Shown here: in pieces, positions 1 to 14,330 of the stretch
Layout of the letters: every line of letters starts with the position of its first letter
Position numbering within the stretch: position 1 is the first letter of the stretch
Assembly: GCA_030141605.1 (NCBI GenBank)
Contig: JAQGDQ010000196.1
Span: 248,001-312,000 of the forward strand
Direction: 5' to 3'
DNA: 64,000 nt
Origin: Tubiluchus corallicola
Lineage: Eukaryota; Animalia; Priapulida
Notes under the pieces: generated by a model
Told to the model about the DNA's origin: nothing
Database searches by the model: none
Seen by the model: the letters and a program-made list of their open reading frames with translations, nothing else
Program-made: the position numbers and the translations under genes

Positions 1-771
1 CAGGTGACTAGTAGAAAGTTTCTAATCAAGTGACTTAGTTGCTTACATATGTCAGAACAAAACAATACTGGTCAATGTTAGGACATGTCTCTTAGCATAC
101 AAGCCTTTTAACTCAACCAATTGCACTTCAGAAATGTTCAACTTGGAAGTGTTTAAAAGTCAAATCTCTTTAGAAAAAAGAGCTTACTGTAACTTGAAAT
201 TTGACCCTAACTTTATTAACTTTTGTGGCTTCCTTCCTAGTGAAATCAGGCCTTGAAGTTGCATTTTTCCACAAATATTTTGTTTGGATTTGCTCGTGAA
301 ACTTTGGAAAATCGCAGGCTAAACTAATGTGTTAGCAATGGCTTCCTTGGATACTGCATCGTTTCTGTGATGCTAAATTTGTAAACATTGCTACACAGCG
401 AAATTGACACGTGATAACCAAATCAGCTGCGCTGACATCATCTAAAAAGCAAAATGCGTGAAATTAAGGCCCTGACTTTCTTCGGAAATGACACATTCGC
501 ACCCGATCTCCTCTTGTATAAATCACGAAGAAAAAGTTAAGGGTATCAGAAAATCTTAGAGCAGAGCATTTTCTTTCTGTTTTTGTGTAAAACTGAAACT
601 TCATAAAGTACGATGTATTTGACCTTTAAGCAGTATTTTACTACTTATAAACCATTTACCACTTATAACACATACCAGTATTAAGACAGTGTTGTTTTAA
701 GGCAACTTTCTCAACACATTATCATTAGTATGAGTTGTTGCATTTGATTAATTGTGCATATTTCTTCACAG

Positions 772-879
772 GCTCGTGTGCTAGCCACTATTGGACCAAC
801 ACGAGGTCTAGGAGATCACGATTTGCGTGTTTTTGATACTAACTTGTATGTAAAACCATTTCTGTCTTCAGTACCTGAG
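772..879 (+). CDS. PPM1H: PP2C-family phosphatase (PPM1H/J/M type), internal coding exon; earlier exons lie outside the window
   Basis: cacag|GCT...GAG|gtaagt, 108 nt. ARVLATIGPTRGLGDHDLRVFDTNLYVKPFLSSVPE matches the PPM1H motif ARVMATIGVTRGLGDHDL...KPFLSSAPE. Confidence 0.93.
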
Positions 880-1569
880 GTAAGTTTATGATGACTTGTT
901 ATGTTTATATTGTACCTTTTGCATGCCTGACACATTACAAGGTGACACCTGAGATTGTTAGCTTCAGATCAAAGTTCGATTTGTAAGCTTAGCTGGTCTT
1001 TAGTTTGTAAGCTGACAGGAACAAATCCTTTTTTCTAAGACGTTGGTATTGCAGTGTTTTAAAAACTACACGAATATAGAAAGAAGTTTCACTAATGTGA
1101 AAATGACTTATCACTAAGAACTAGTACAATTCATACAAAAATCCCATAATAAGCAAATGAAAGATACATAGTACCAGCTTACGTCTCGGTGAGCTATCTT
1201 AATGTAGGTGAAAGAATGTAAAATCAAAAAGTATCACTATCCATTTAGCATCCATTATTGAAAATATCAAGAAAACACAGATTATAGATGGATGCATGGA
1301 TCAAGAAATGAAAAGTCCTAATTTTGTTTTAAGAACAAAATGGATATTTTGCAACCCTTTACTCACACTGAAAAAGCAACCTATATCCAAAATATCCATA
1401 TTGAAAATATCAACTAAATCCAAATATTTTTCAACATATTTTTCATTATCTTATTTGTGGGATTTGTTTATTAATTAAAATCCCTGAGCTTTTAGTGTCG
1501 ACCAGTAGCAAATACTCATATTGGAAGTAACATGAATTACCATGATTAAATCTTGTTATGTCTATTTAG

Positions 1570-1721
1570 GTAGAAGTAATTGACCTTTCCACAGAGGAGT
1601 ATGGTCCTGATGATGTAGTAATTCTTGCCTCTGATGGATTATGGGATGTGACGAGCAATGAGACGGCAGCAGAAATTGTCATGTCGACACTCTCAAAATT
1701 TTCATTTAATGAACTCAGCAG
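1570..1721 (+). CDS. PPM1H: PPM1H-type phosphatase, internal coding exon carrying the metal-binding DGLWD motif
   Basis: tttag|GTA...AG|gtaaac, 152 nt. VEVIDLSTEEYGPDDVVILASDGLWDVTSNETAAEIV...; phases agree with both neighbouring exons. Confidence 0.93.
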
Positions 1722-2165
1722 GTAAACAAGAAAACATCATTTGTTTTTTTGTGATTTATATTTGCTGCTTTCAACTTTAACATAAAATTACACTCTAAAA
1801 TGGTTAATGGTACATGTTTACTTACATGCTAATTTTGGTAATCAAATATTAGATGAGCTGCATCTTGAGCAACAAAATTTTATTGAGAAAAGTTTTTTGT
1901 TCTATAAAGTATCTTTGTTAGCTTCATTATATTAGTGTCAAAATTATTAAGTTGATGTTTAATATAATGCCAGCACTAAAAGTACTATGATGTGGATGAA
2001 GTAATACCATGTTTTTTTAGTTAAAGTAAAATACTTGCAGAAATATCTCTTTTGTTCTGTTCGTTATTGAAATATATCTAATTTGTTTTTTGTGATTCTC
2101 ACCTAATAAGAGTTTAATCCTGTAAACACAGGAAAGCAATATTAAATTAGAGTCTGAAAAACTGT

Positions 2166-2240
2166 GCATTTCCACTGGGATGCAAACACAAGACCTGCTT
2201 TATAGGCAGCTATGCTAATCATTACACTACAGTGGTACCC
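2166..2240 (-). mobile_element. Degenerate tRNA-derived SINE head in a PPM1H intron
   Basis: Minus strand reads tagtgtaatgattagcatagctgcc...gtgtttgcatcccagtgg: an A-box/D-arm-like segment followed by a decayed B-box. Confidence 0.45.
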
Positions 2241-2388
2241 GACTTTTCAGACTGGGAAATTTACTCTACTAGTCACTAGAGGACTAACAGCAGGAATCAC
2301 AGTCCACACTTGTATTAAAACGTAATATAACATATTGTAACAATATGTAGTTTGAAAATTTTCACTATCTGCATATTTCCCATCTCAG

Positions 2389-2578
2389 GTATACATCGGC
2401 TGCTCAGGATTTAGCTATGCATGCTCGAGGTCTGCTACAAGAAAAATCCAACTGGAAGACGCGGGATGACAAACCAGCTTCAGGTGATGACATCACAGTG
2501 TTTATAGTTCCACTGAGCTTTCACAAAGAACCGGCAAAAACCACCGTACCAACAAGTGCCTCTGTACTTTCTAAGTAA
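2389..2578 (+). CDS. PPM1H: PPM1H-type phosphatase, exon with the GDDI motif; ends at TAA 2576-2578, or splices after 2574
   Basis: ctcag|G TAT ACA...; RYTSAAQDLAMHARGLLQEKSNWKTRDDKPASGDDITVFIVPL. The stop codon overlaps a consensus donor AA|GTAAGT; AATAAA at 2778. Confidence 0.92.
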
Positions 2579-4326
2579 GTTGGACTTTATGAGGACTATG
2601 GTAGAGCCTTTTTCTTCTTGTGTTTACGTCGTTCATGCACTTTCAGCTTAGGGCTACTTTATTTGAATTTACTGTCAAACAGTCAACTGATAAGACACAC
2701 ATCTGCAAGAACTGAACTGTGTTAATACAGGCTATGCTGTCTTCAGACAAGCTTTATGCCCAGTTGACTTGTGCACAAATAAACATTCTCGTTTTACAAT
2801 AACTAATTAGAAATGAAGCAGTCAAAAATACGAAACCTAATGCAATGATGTTCTTCATCAATTTCCAAAAACAAATCTAATTTGAGTCTCACATCTCTAG
2901 TCTTCAAGATCGATTTGAATCTAAATTTTTAATTCATCTAATTTTCAAAATTTGCTGAATTTGAATCTTGTTAGATGTGGAATTTGAATCATAAGAATTT
3001 CATATAAATAACAGTTTTAAACAGACTGTTCAAAAGACTGTTGAAAAAATTATGTAAAAATCATTGACATTACAATTTCTTCTGCAATGATTACTCCTGG
3101 ATGAGTTACAAAACAGTCTGACATCAATCCAAACTGAACTGTTGTCTTGAAAATTTTCTTCACTCCTAGTAGTCTTACTACAGCATCACCAGCATTTTTA
3201 TGACAGTATTTCCTAAAATCGAGCTAATAACTCATTTTTCCTATCTACATCACAAATGTGTTACTAGAATAGTGGGTTATATATTACAGTAAGTGCTCAC
3301 TTAAAGACACTAATGCATGCCAGCAAAACACGATGTTAAGGGGAACATCATTATATGAAACAATGCATTCCATAGAAAACAACGTAAAAGCTTTCAGTTG
3401 TGTTCCTCACCCAAAGTTCAATAATGCTTGGTTTAGCAAGAGCGGTCACTAAGTTGCATTGCAGGACAAAAAATCAATAATGCTTAGCTATGTAAAGCTT
3501 TCATTTGCTTTGCCCAACAAAAATCAATAGTACTTCGGCATAAATCAAACACTTCATGGATTTTATCCTTTATTACTGACAATTTTTAACTAAAAGTTAA
3601 ATTGTTAAAGTTAAAGAGAGAACTGAAGTTTGCAGTGAAAATTCAATCTTTCATGCATGCATCTTACTCTGATTGATCCCCTTATGCTATTTGTTCCTCC
3701 TTTTTTCATATCATGCATAGTCTCCATGTTTTTTCTGTTAAAGCTTTTTTTCAACACTGTAAGGCATTAGCAACACAATGTCTCACTTCTGAGCTTCGCT
3801 CTGTTTCTGGATTATTTTCTCAAAAAAATTTCAAATCCAGCACCATACCGTGTTTTAAAAGCTTCTTGCAGATGTCTAACTCTAGCCATTTTTGTTTTGC
3901 ACTCCTGAGAAGTATTTCTAGTATAGCTTTTCCAGCAACATAAATGCAAATGAGGTGAAGGTAGCTATAATTAACCAAGTAATGTAACATCAATCAGCGC
4001 TATCAATTAGCGAGTAATCAGCAAGGAGTCAACGATGCCTGCTAGGTAGGGCAAATTGTCGAATTGTACTAAGGTGGTTTCTGTTAATAGGGCTTCTCTG
4101 TGAAATGCGAGTGCAGTAACTAAAATTTCAGTGCTTGAAGGCCAAAAAATTGTCGTTAAGATGAAATGTTCGTCGTTGAGTAATAAAAGTTGTCAAAAGG
4201 TCAGCTTCGTTAAACAAAAAGTCGCTAGGTGAGGTGTCATCAGGCAAGGACTTACTGTATCTAATATTTGAAATAATTGAGAATCTGCATATTATTTGCA
4301 GAATAGTATAGTATGCTATGTTTTAG

Positions 4327-5224
4327 GTCTAGTTCTGGTGTACCAAAGGACTGGATGTCTCCCGTTATGGCAGCTATTGAAAGTGAGGAGGGTCTGTATG
4401 CATCGGGTGACTCAGGGATTGCTGAAAATGATGACTTTAATCCTGCTGAATATCGAGAAAATTTTCAAAATCGCCTACAGAATGATGATAGTCTTCTTGA
4501 CTACAGCTTGCGTAAAACATTGGGCGCAACTTCAGAGACTTCCAATAACTCAGAAACGGATATTAATGCCCGCACACCAGAAAGTACCGACCTTGGAGTT
4601 GCCTCAGATGTTGGCGCAGAAGAAGCATGGCATGATTTCGAGGATGGATTGTCAGAATCAAAGGGACCTGACTCATTTGAGATTGCTTTTCGATTACGCA
4701 ATGCTTCTATGGTGGCTTCACTACAGGAAGATCAAATTACCAAGGACATTTTGTCTTCAGGAACTGAAACTAGAGGTGCTCTAAATACTAATGAGGAAAA
4801 AGGATTTAATTGTGAAACTAGCCAAAAATTAGAGTTTGACATAAGCAATGAAGCCAGTGAGAAGGCACATTCTGGTGCAAGCCAAGAAGCGTGTGACAAA
4901 CTAGAATGTGGCATGACTGATGGAGACACGGAGAAATCACAACATGGTGTAAGTGAAAAAACTCCTTATGATGAAACCAGTAAACAATCAGGCAACGATG
5001 TGAGTAAAGAAGCCAGTGAAAAGCTTGATTATGATGTGAACAGGGAAGCCAGTGAAAAGCCTGATTGTGATGTAAGCAAAGAAGCCATTGAAGAACCTGT
5101 TCATGATGTAAGCAAAAAAGCCAGTGAAAATCCTGATATTGATGTAATCAACAAAGCCAGCAAGAAAACAAATTTTGAAGAGCTAGAACATAGTGATTCA
5201 GATTTGGAAGAAGGTTATGTGTAA
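4327..5224 (+). CDS. Putative alternative terminal exon of the PPM1H-type gene, encoding a ~300-aa acidic Ser/Glu/Asp-rich tail
   Basis: 303-aa ORF in AT-rich DNA. Acceptor ttttag|G at 4326/4327 is phase-compatible with the donor after 2574 (AA|G = Lys) and joins the ORF in frame. Confidence 0.7.
4801..5180 (+). repeat. Degenerate 36-bp (12-aa) coding tandem repeat
   Basis: Units DISNEASEKAHS, DVSKEASEKLDY, DVNREASEKPDC, DVSKEAIEEPVH, DVSKKASENPDI, DVINKASKKTNF; DNA core gatgtaagcaaagaagccagtgaaaag. Confidence 0.85.
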
Positions 5225-5820
5225 AGGTTTAGAAGGAATATTAAAAGATTTTAATACTTAAAATGTAAGCAATTTGGCCTGATTTTCCCCCTAATGCAAA
5301 ACGAATGCTGCTTGACTTTGTCATCTATAATTACTACGTATAATTATTGATATGTATTTGATGTACTGTAGCAGTCATAATCCTCTTTTTCCAAATCCTT
5401 ATAAATAACCTGTACAAACTTTTGTGTTTCAATAATGACTCAGTTTGCTTTTTTAACTAATTTTTCTCATTGATGCAGAATCAAAATGTACGTTAATTTA
5501 TTTTTTCATATGTATATATATATATGTATTCTATATTATATTATATTTTATTATATTATGTTATAGTATATTATATTATCGTGTTTAGTTTCTTCACTTG
5601 TAAAAGTTTTGTCTTAGCAGTGACCCCCACCTGTAATTTAAATTTTTTATTGTAACCTTTTTTCTGTAAATATTAAAATAATTGCCCTGTCATGTTCTTT
5701 TTGAGTGAATTAACATGCTTGCAAGATGTTTCATCGATGTATGCATGCAGCATTGTTAGTTGCAACATAATGTCTTGCCATAGTCTGTAACTTTTATGCT
5801 TTAGTATGTCTAGTTGTAGT

Positions 5821-6579
5821 CAGGGATGCGAGGATCTATTAATTTCCCAATCCGCAATAAATTTGGTCCACAAAGATAAAATCTGCAGTCCACTAAAAAT
5901 CCACATTTTCTTATTAACAGCGATCCGCAAACACTCTATACTAAATTTCTTAAAATCTATGATCCGTCCTGATCCGTAAGGCTTCCGATCCGCATCCTGC
6001 TTACATGTCTATTTTAATTCACTTCCACATAATAATCTGCATGTTCAGCAAACCTTGGTTTAAATAAATAAAAATATTTTAAATCAGTGGAAATCGCACC
6101 TTGTTGCAGTGTGTCCACTGGGTGGTTCATTTTCATTGATTAATTGCAATTGTAAAAAGGAATATTAGAATATTCTTTATCTGATGTTATTGATTTCACA
6201 TTAGTATTTTTAGAGCAAATAAAAGATTTTACTACTACTGCTGCTGCTGTTGCTACTAATGCTACTGCTACTAGTATAGTAGTACATTAGTTTAATGATT
6301 AATGAAGCTAATTATTATTTTTATTTCATTGTTATTCAACTTGGTAACTTGTGATGAGTGTCAGTCTGCTATTTTCTTCCTGCAATGCTCACATTATTAT
6401 CTAATGTGTATTAACATTAATGAAAATTAAAATCCGCAAAGATCACCAAATTTTTAATCCGCATTTGGTCCGTATAATTCCTTATCTTTAATAGTAAATC
6501 CACAATCCGATCGGATCCTCAAAAAATCTTGCGAATCTTGCTGTCATCCAGTCCGCAAGATCACGTTCCGCTCATCAGT
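5821..6579. mobile_element. Possible non-autonomous DNA transposon (hAT-like ends)
   Basis: Imperfect inverted termini cagggatg...catcagtg and two subterminal clusters of repeated ATCCG(C/A) motifs (5821-6000, 6430-6580). No clear TSD. Confidence 0.35.
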
Positions 6580-9500
6580 GGTTCTTTATTCACTTCTACG
6601 AACATAGTGCTAACTGAGAACGGGTTTGTGCATGTCTAGAATTATTATATGCCTGTTTTACCAATGATGCTACCACTGATACTTCCATGCTTAAACACAC
6701 ACTTGAGTGTCCTGCCCTATCTCGCCTTCATTTGTAAAGTTCATTTGCAATATACAAGTGCAATGAATTGTTGTTGTTGCAATAAACACAATTACATATT
6801 TTGGTGCTGTCATTAAACAATTTGAAACCTTGTATTCACTTTTATCTCAGACTTTCAGCCTCTCTGCCTTCTATGTGCCAAACACTTTAATTAATTAGAT
6901 TTTATTCAAGCTTTATTAAAACAAATGAGGCAATGAGCAGTCAATGGCTTTAAAGCTGAAGTTCACCTGCATAAAGCATTTTAATTTACCTTTATTAACA
7001 ATATTACATATAAGCAGATATATTTAATAGATAACAGTTTTTGAGTTATCAGTCTAATAATCTGTCTGCATGACTAATAGACCTATACAATATTAGTGCT
7101 TTATATTTGTGTGATTGATATTTGTAATTGTTGTTCAGATGAGTAATAATCATTTTAATGATTTTATTAGCTGGGAAATTTTCTAACAAATGTTGTGGTC
7201 ATTTACAGTTGGTATATTCTATTGTAATTGTTCATTTTATTATGATAATTGATATATTATACAACAGTCATATTTTTCAAATCCAACCACTCTGCTTACT
7301 AAAATAATAATATTGTAAATTTTCAGTTTTTTTAAATATATTTTGGTGTTTTCCTGTATCGTGTTAATAAGAACATAAAGACAAAAATTAATTACTGCTT
7401 CCAATTAACATGGAACATAGAACATTTATTGTCTCCAACGTTTGTCCACTATAACAACAGCGTTTTCAGTAAGTGTTGCTTAAATATTAGGTAATTGCAA
7501 TCATGTAGCAGGCAGGGAGGGACCAAAGGGTCATCTAGTCATATTGATAGGTTTGACAAAATTAAAAATAAATTTATTATTGCTTCAATTACAACCACCT
7601 ATATAAGTTAACTCGTTGATTAACTAAGTAGCCTAATTACAGTTTTCAAGTTGTAAATCTTTTTGCAGTTTGCTGACTGATACAAATTAGGATTAAGAAT
7701 TACTTGAAAGTTTTTCGACATCCTTGCAGCATAAAAAATATTCACTCAGTCCTTAAATAAAGCCTACTGTAAGTGTACATAATTATATACACTTAGTCCT
7801 TGGTTTTTCAAGTAGTTAGAGTGCCGTAAAAAAGGGCAATATATTTTTTATTTTTATAAAATTAATTATTTTGTGATCGTTGCACATGTATTTTAGCCAT
7901 ACAAAATAATCTTTTTGCAGCGGGTAGAGGACACAAGACTACTGTGATTTCCATGAAAAGCAAAATACTTTTCGTTTTCTCCAAGAGGTGGCACGACAAG
8001 AAAAACTTTGATCATGTTCACTTGTTTCATTAACAGGTAGCCAGTTAGCCACTAGCCAGGTAAGGAAAGTTCGTAAGCAGTACGGAATCGGTTGCGTTTG
8101 TCGAAGATTTCGGAATTTCTGTGTAAGTGTATTGTATTTTCAAGGAATTCAGAATTATAATATTTGTGACAGATCATTACTAACGACGATCAAATCTCCA
8201 AAGAATTGATAATTGTCTGATTTGGGTTACACACCAAATGGTATTTGGGCTAAGTGGTTGGAGAAAGTTCAGCGTGATCCGGCACTGTCAGAATTTGATA
8301 AGTACTGTATGCTAATATCATCTTATTGTTTTTACTTATAATAAGTTATCATAAATTGTATTAAATGCTGATAACAATCTGATAATTAGGCTTATGCTGT
8401 TTTATTGACTGAAATCCTGCTTAGAATGTGCACATGAGTGTCACTGTGTGATGGATATTTTTTGACTACTGCCTCTTCAGTACTTGCTATAAATTTGTTA
8501 TTTTTGTGCGCCTTCTGCGCTCTTCTCCAAGACTAGTGTATTAAATTTTCGTGGTATTATCTTCAAGTTTGGGAAAACACTGCTGGATTTAGCTGAAAAG
8601 ATGCCTTGGGCTATTCAACTAATTGAAGAGGGCCCCACCAGCCGTATTCAACCTCGTTTCCCTGACTCTGAAAACAAGTAAAGGTTCAAACAAAAATTAA
8701 GCTGAGGGTAATGATAGATGTTTAGTAAAATAACACAATTCACAGTTCTTTCTAACAGAGTTCCTCCTCAAAAGAGTACAAGATGGTATTGCTAAATGCT
8801 GTAGTGAATGCATGAATGCCAAACGAAACACTTTGTTTTGCAAAAACTGAACTTTGCGAATATTTTAAAGCAGAAATTAGCGGAAATTAAAAAAATGAAA
8901 TTATAAGTTTACTTTTATATTCTTTGAAGCCCTTGAACTTGCAAATTTTATTCCTGGGAAGTGTTACTAAAGATGATAATGACTACGTGACAGTGACAGT
9001 GTGACACTTTTAGATTCTATTTTAAGTTTGTCATTATGTGCAGTTTGAAGAAAATTGAGAAATTTCTTACTTGGTAAACAGTCTTCAGGTGATACGTATC
9101 AGCCATAATGATCACCTTCTGATGAGTATTCAAAATATATGTCAGAATGAGAACTACCTACTGTCAGGTTAAAATATTCAAATTTTTCACATCAGTTAAA
9201 ATTAACCTTCACTGGTTAACTTGTGGGTGGGGTATTAGAAACAAGAAAGCATCCTTAGATTCCTGATTCATAGAAAGTAAAGAAAGGTGATTTCTGAAGG
9301 AAGATTCTTTTAGAGGTTGGTACATTATAACAACATGTGTAGGGCAGACTTATGAGAGTGTCAAAAATATTATACACAGACTTTGAGGCCTTAGCCTTCA
9401 GCCAGTCTAGCTTGTAGGTGAATTTACCCCTAGACGAAAACCTCAAACTGCTCGGTTAGCTGAAGAACTTAGGCCTCGTTTAAATGCAAGAAATAGTTTT

Positions 9501-12469
9501 ATTATGTGTTACTGGATAAAGACTTGAAAGGGGTTATGACATGTGGCGACTTCAGTAATGAATGTTATATTAATTATAAAAAAACAGAATCTTGATGTAT
9601 GAACAGAATTGAAAGATGTTTATGAAATTTTAGCAAGATCTAGAAAGTTTTATTAAATTGTAAGGGCTTTTTATAGTTATTAAGTAATTTGCAGCTAATA
9701 AATTTGTGTCTAACAGTGGTAATTTTTGTTAGGAGTTGGACATACCAATCAGTAAAGCCAGTTTCTTGAAAAGTAATAGACATACTAACATAGCCACTCG
9801 CTTCTAAAACTATATATTATGTGTAAAGCTTCAATAGATATTATCACACCACTTTCAATTTCGGCTCTCTAAATGTACTTGGAGATAAAATTTTTTATCT
9901 CTACCACGCGCTACCAAAATCTCAGCTTTTGCCAAAAAAAAAAACAAACACTGCTGTGCCAAGTAGATACTGTAACTGTGGCTGAAAAGTTTTTGATTAA
10001 ATTTCTGATTAAAAAATAGGCACCCAGCTTGTGAAGCAATACGTATGCGTATATATATATATATTGTAACAAATTTTGTGTATATATACTGCTGTTGCTA
10101 TTGCCGCTGCTGCCACCACTACTATTAGCATGACAACGTATGTATTACACATACAGTATGTATGCAATATATCTTTGAGTTGTGAAGATTTCACAAATTT
10201 ATTTGTTTTCATTTGAAATTAACCAAAGTTCTCAAGAGGTCTTTATTAATTTTATCATTAAGTTTTTTGGAGAAAACCTGGGATGAAAACATGACAAAAA
10301 CGATGAATTTAAATAAATTGAAAAAATGACTAATACCTTTCTGCTGGTTGATTGGCATTGTATTACTTGCTTCTTATTTTGATCATTCTACTTGGTTTGT
10401 TGGTAATCATTTGAGGTCTGTCATATTCTAATAATAATTCTACCATCATACTGTTTAGGATGCTTTCTTGTGTACTTGATGAAACTGATAAGAATTTCCA
10501 CAGGTGTTTAACTAGATGATTGATTTACACATAACAACAGCTTTGAGCCAAATTACAAAATTACCTTGTGAATAGTGGGTTTGGAAACATCTCCATGTCT
10601 ATTAGGTTTTGCTATTTATGTCAGTTGTAGAATAGCTCTGCGTATCACTGGCTAGCCAAAAGGACTGTTGCTTCCTGGGTCGAAATGAAGTATTGCTTGT
10701 GAGTACCATTTATGTTAGTAAGAATTTGTTGTCTGAAACAGCATCCACAGCAGTCGCAGATCTATTCAATAACCTGCCTCGACATTGCACAATTTGATTG
10801 ATAAGCACTTAGCAAGTATGAAGTACACACTTTTTGATTGTATTTTTTCTTTTTTGTCTTAAAATTGAATGTATTTTAAGTGAGTTCAAACTGGTAATGG
10901 TCTAATATACTGTTTGCTCTATAAAAACACATCTATAGCCACAATGTTTACTCATATTGTGTATGAAAAAACTATATGTGCAAACCCAAAATTATTCACC
11001 GAGCTTTCAGTTTTCATTATTCTGCTTAGTGATAGTGAAATTCTAGTGGATTCTCTATATTCCTTTTAGACTTTCAATTCCCTTATGAGGGATATTAAAT
11101 GAGGGTGTTAAACCGTAAGATTTGTTTCATAATTTATTGCATGATTAAACAAAGCTTGATTGTTGTTTTTCTTCATTATTAGCAATAGATAATACAAAAC
11201 TCGGTTAAGAGTTAATCTGGATTTAGTGCTCAATCGCTCGTAATAAATGTTATATTTATTGTCAGATGTGATCAAAAGTTGGTAATATAATTTTCAACTG
11301 TAGCTCAGGTTGCTAAGCCTTTCTTACATTTCCTAGTTGTGTAGCTATATAACCTAGTTTCGTTGTTGTCCGGTCATTGATTTTTTATATACAAGCATCA
11401 ATAAAACTAACCTAGTCTGATCACTATCGATGTATCAATTATGGCCGTTCATAAATGCTGTAAAGGGCAATATCCTTTGTGCACGGGAGACATGATTGGG
11501 GGGTAATTACGCTCGTAGAAACAGCTGACATGGTGTTAGTGATCCCATAATTACCCGTTTGCATTCTTCACTGGGTAAAACATTGATAAGTTTAGGTGAA
11601 CCTTGTTATTTTCGCCTTCCAATCTTAAGCTTGGACAAGCGGCGACATTTTGCAAAAAGTCTAAATTTGTTGTGTTAGAAGGCCATCAAAAACAAGAAAT
11701 TTTGATGATCATATCTATATCTGCGCGTGAGATAGATTTCAGAATTTTGTTGTTTACTTACAAAGATTTCAAGTCCTCCTACAGTTACTTGTACAGTAGT
11801 TTGCGCTATATTGTGTTCATGTTACCGTTAATTTTGATTAACATTGGTTAAGTACTAAGTACAGATTTACCAAAACGCAGATGAGTGTCTCGGGGAGAGA
11901 GAAAAGATAGGTAATGAGCATGATAAAGGTGGGAGGGAGAGAGTGGGGACGGGTGATTTTGTAAAAATGTGCAGTTATTTCGTCGTAGTAGTTCAATGTC
12001 TAATTGTTTTAATTAATTAAGGATCTTTCGTGTTTTTCTTCAGACGTTTTTCACATAAAATACAGTCCTTTATTAATCCTAGTACTAACCTTGTTGTTTC
12101 GGGCAGTTTATGTAAAAAATGGACATCTAGCTGGAGGCTTTGTTAATTATTTTCTCTTTTGTCTTGTTTATTCTGACAGTTAGTTTATAATTATTAGTCG
12201 CTTTTAACTGCTCTGTAATTAGTAATGTTGGGGATTGTATTTTAACTCAATATTGTTTACAAGTGGAGCTGTGTGTCCAATGCAAAACTGATGCGACTCA
12301 TGTGGTACCTATCTGAGAGTACCACGACTTGCTGGAATTGGAGGTACTTTTGTTGGTTGGGTTGTTGAAACGTGCATTTCATTGCTTTTTTGGTCTAAGT
12401 TTCACGTTTTGCATACATCTGCTAAACTTGTAAGTACCAAAAGTGTGATAGACTTTTTAATAGAGTAAT

Positions 12470-13270
12470 GTTGGTGACTTTTAATGGTGTATCGAGGTCA
12501 AAGGTCATTTGTGAATTTAAAACTGTGGGGTATTAGGCCACCAAAAGTTGAGTAGCTTTAGTGCTACAGAGAAGACAGATTATACTGTATACTTTATGAT
12601 CTTGAATAGCTTGTTTGAGTTAAGTCAGTTAAATGCCGAATGAACACAAATCAGACTTTTTCATCCACAGGATCAGCCAAAGCCACAGTACTAGGGTTAG
12701 GTCCGCTGTGTGGTGTGATTCAAGACCATCTTGCTTTTGTGCGATATCTATCTATGAAAATACCTCGGCATTACCTTTCATTTGATGTATTACAAGCTAC
12801 TATTCAACAGAATGTGTGAGCATTTTGTCTGTTTGGCTCCTCAATTTCACTCCTAGCGATGTTCTGTGTCAACCAATCTGGTCGCAGCTCATATTATTGA
12901 ATCCATGGCATGATTGTCATTGAGGCCTTTCATTTGATACATTACGACCTACTGTTTTCCCGCACTCAGCCGTTCACTAGATTTCAACCTCCTAGCCACA
13001 TAACCAAAAATTGTAAGAGGAGACCCAGCCTAAAGAGATTATAGGAAACCCACTGCGTGACCTTTGACCCAGGTGACTGGTCATATACAGACATAAATCC
13101 CCCTGTCTGGCGATTGCGCTCTGAGAGCTTCGTGAGCCTTGCCCTCTATGTTTGCGAGTTATTAAAAGAAACACAAAGGCCGAAGAGTAAATAAGCAAAA
13201 AACGTGGTAGGCCGAAGAGTAGATAAGCAAAAAAACGGGGTAAGTCAACAAATTAAAGTACTTTAAGTAA
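12470..13270. repeat. Interspersed repeat related to 20060-20850 (TGACCTTTGACC / tttcatttgat family)
   Basis: Shares the motifs ctttcatttgat..tac...tact and tgacctttgacccag with 20060-20850. Boundaries approximate. Confidence 0.4.
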
Positions 13271-13745
13271 TGCATGATATCACAAGCTGAAGTGTTTCAC
13301 CTGAGATTCCTGCAATATCCCTTTCATCATGCCGTCTAACTAATTGCAGCTTTAATTATTAACATTGCAATGGGAAACTCATTAATTAGTAATCAAGGTT
13401 TGTTAACTGAACAACGCCTAATTGATGTGCAATTGCTAAACAATTGTTGTGTTGCTCACACCTACGAGGGTTATTAATTACGTGACAGGCTTTAGGTTGA
13501 GAGAGAGGCTATGTATCTAGCCCTGAGAAACCATAATAGATTATTAGCTCAACGTTCGGCGCGAGGTAGGCTTTTATAGTGGTTATCTTTGATTAATATT
13601 TCTGGCTTAGTACTAGCGGTTTACTGTGTTTTCACTTCGCGTTGATTTATTTTCAGTGAATAAAATTCCAGACCATCCAGCTGATTAGTTATTGCCGGTT
13701 TTAATAATGTTTAAACCTTCTAATGACTACCACATAAATTAAAAC

Positions 13746-14330
13746 TTAAAGGAAAGCCAGAACTCATCTTAAACTATAGCTCAAAACAATCTACCCTATA
13801 ATAATAATATTGAAAGGAAACATACTATTTCTTTCAATACTGATTTACGCAAAAGAATTATTACTACAGAAACGTAATTTCGCATTCGCGCTGTTAGTTC
13901 TTCGTTGTTACTGCTGTTACATGCATTTCGCAATTCGCTAATTACATCGGAAGAGCGCCTCTCAGTTCAAATGTGTTCAATTTTGACGTAGTGCAGACGT
14001 CCGAGAGCTACTGGCAAACTAGAAATTTGAATTTAAAACTTAAAATTTGCTGAGTTTTTGTGTATCACGCTGAATGTTGTACAGTAACACTGTACTTCAA
14101 TTTTCGCTTTCGCAAACAGGTGCACCACGCTCGTGAAATGTTTTTGTGCTGTTGAAAATTATGTTCAGTTGTGATGTCATCACTAGTTAGGCTCGCTTGT
14201 CGTTAATTAGGTTATAGTCTATTATTTAAGTACCAGAAATACTTTGGTAGTGCTATAGGTCTTAAAATGTGTACTTTTACCGTACCTCAAAATGGGGTAG
14301 GATATATAAATTCACACAGTTTTTCTTTAA
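13746..14330. mobile_element. TTAA-flanked non-autonomous DNA transposon (Kolobok-like MITE)
   Basis: TTAA|AGGAAAG...TTTTCT|TTAA termini. The last ~290 bp align with 36235-36527 and more weakly with 36600-36918. Confidence 0.55.

Noticed and set aside
8550-8680. Short coding-looking stretch (MPWAIQLIEEGPTSRIQPRFPDSENK)
   Set aside because: No recognisable homology and no in-frame partner exon found.
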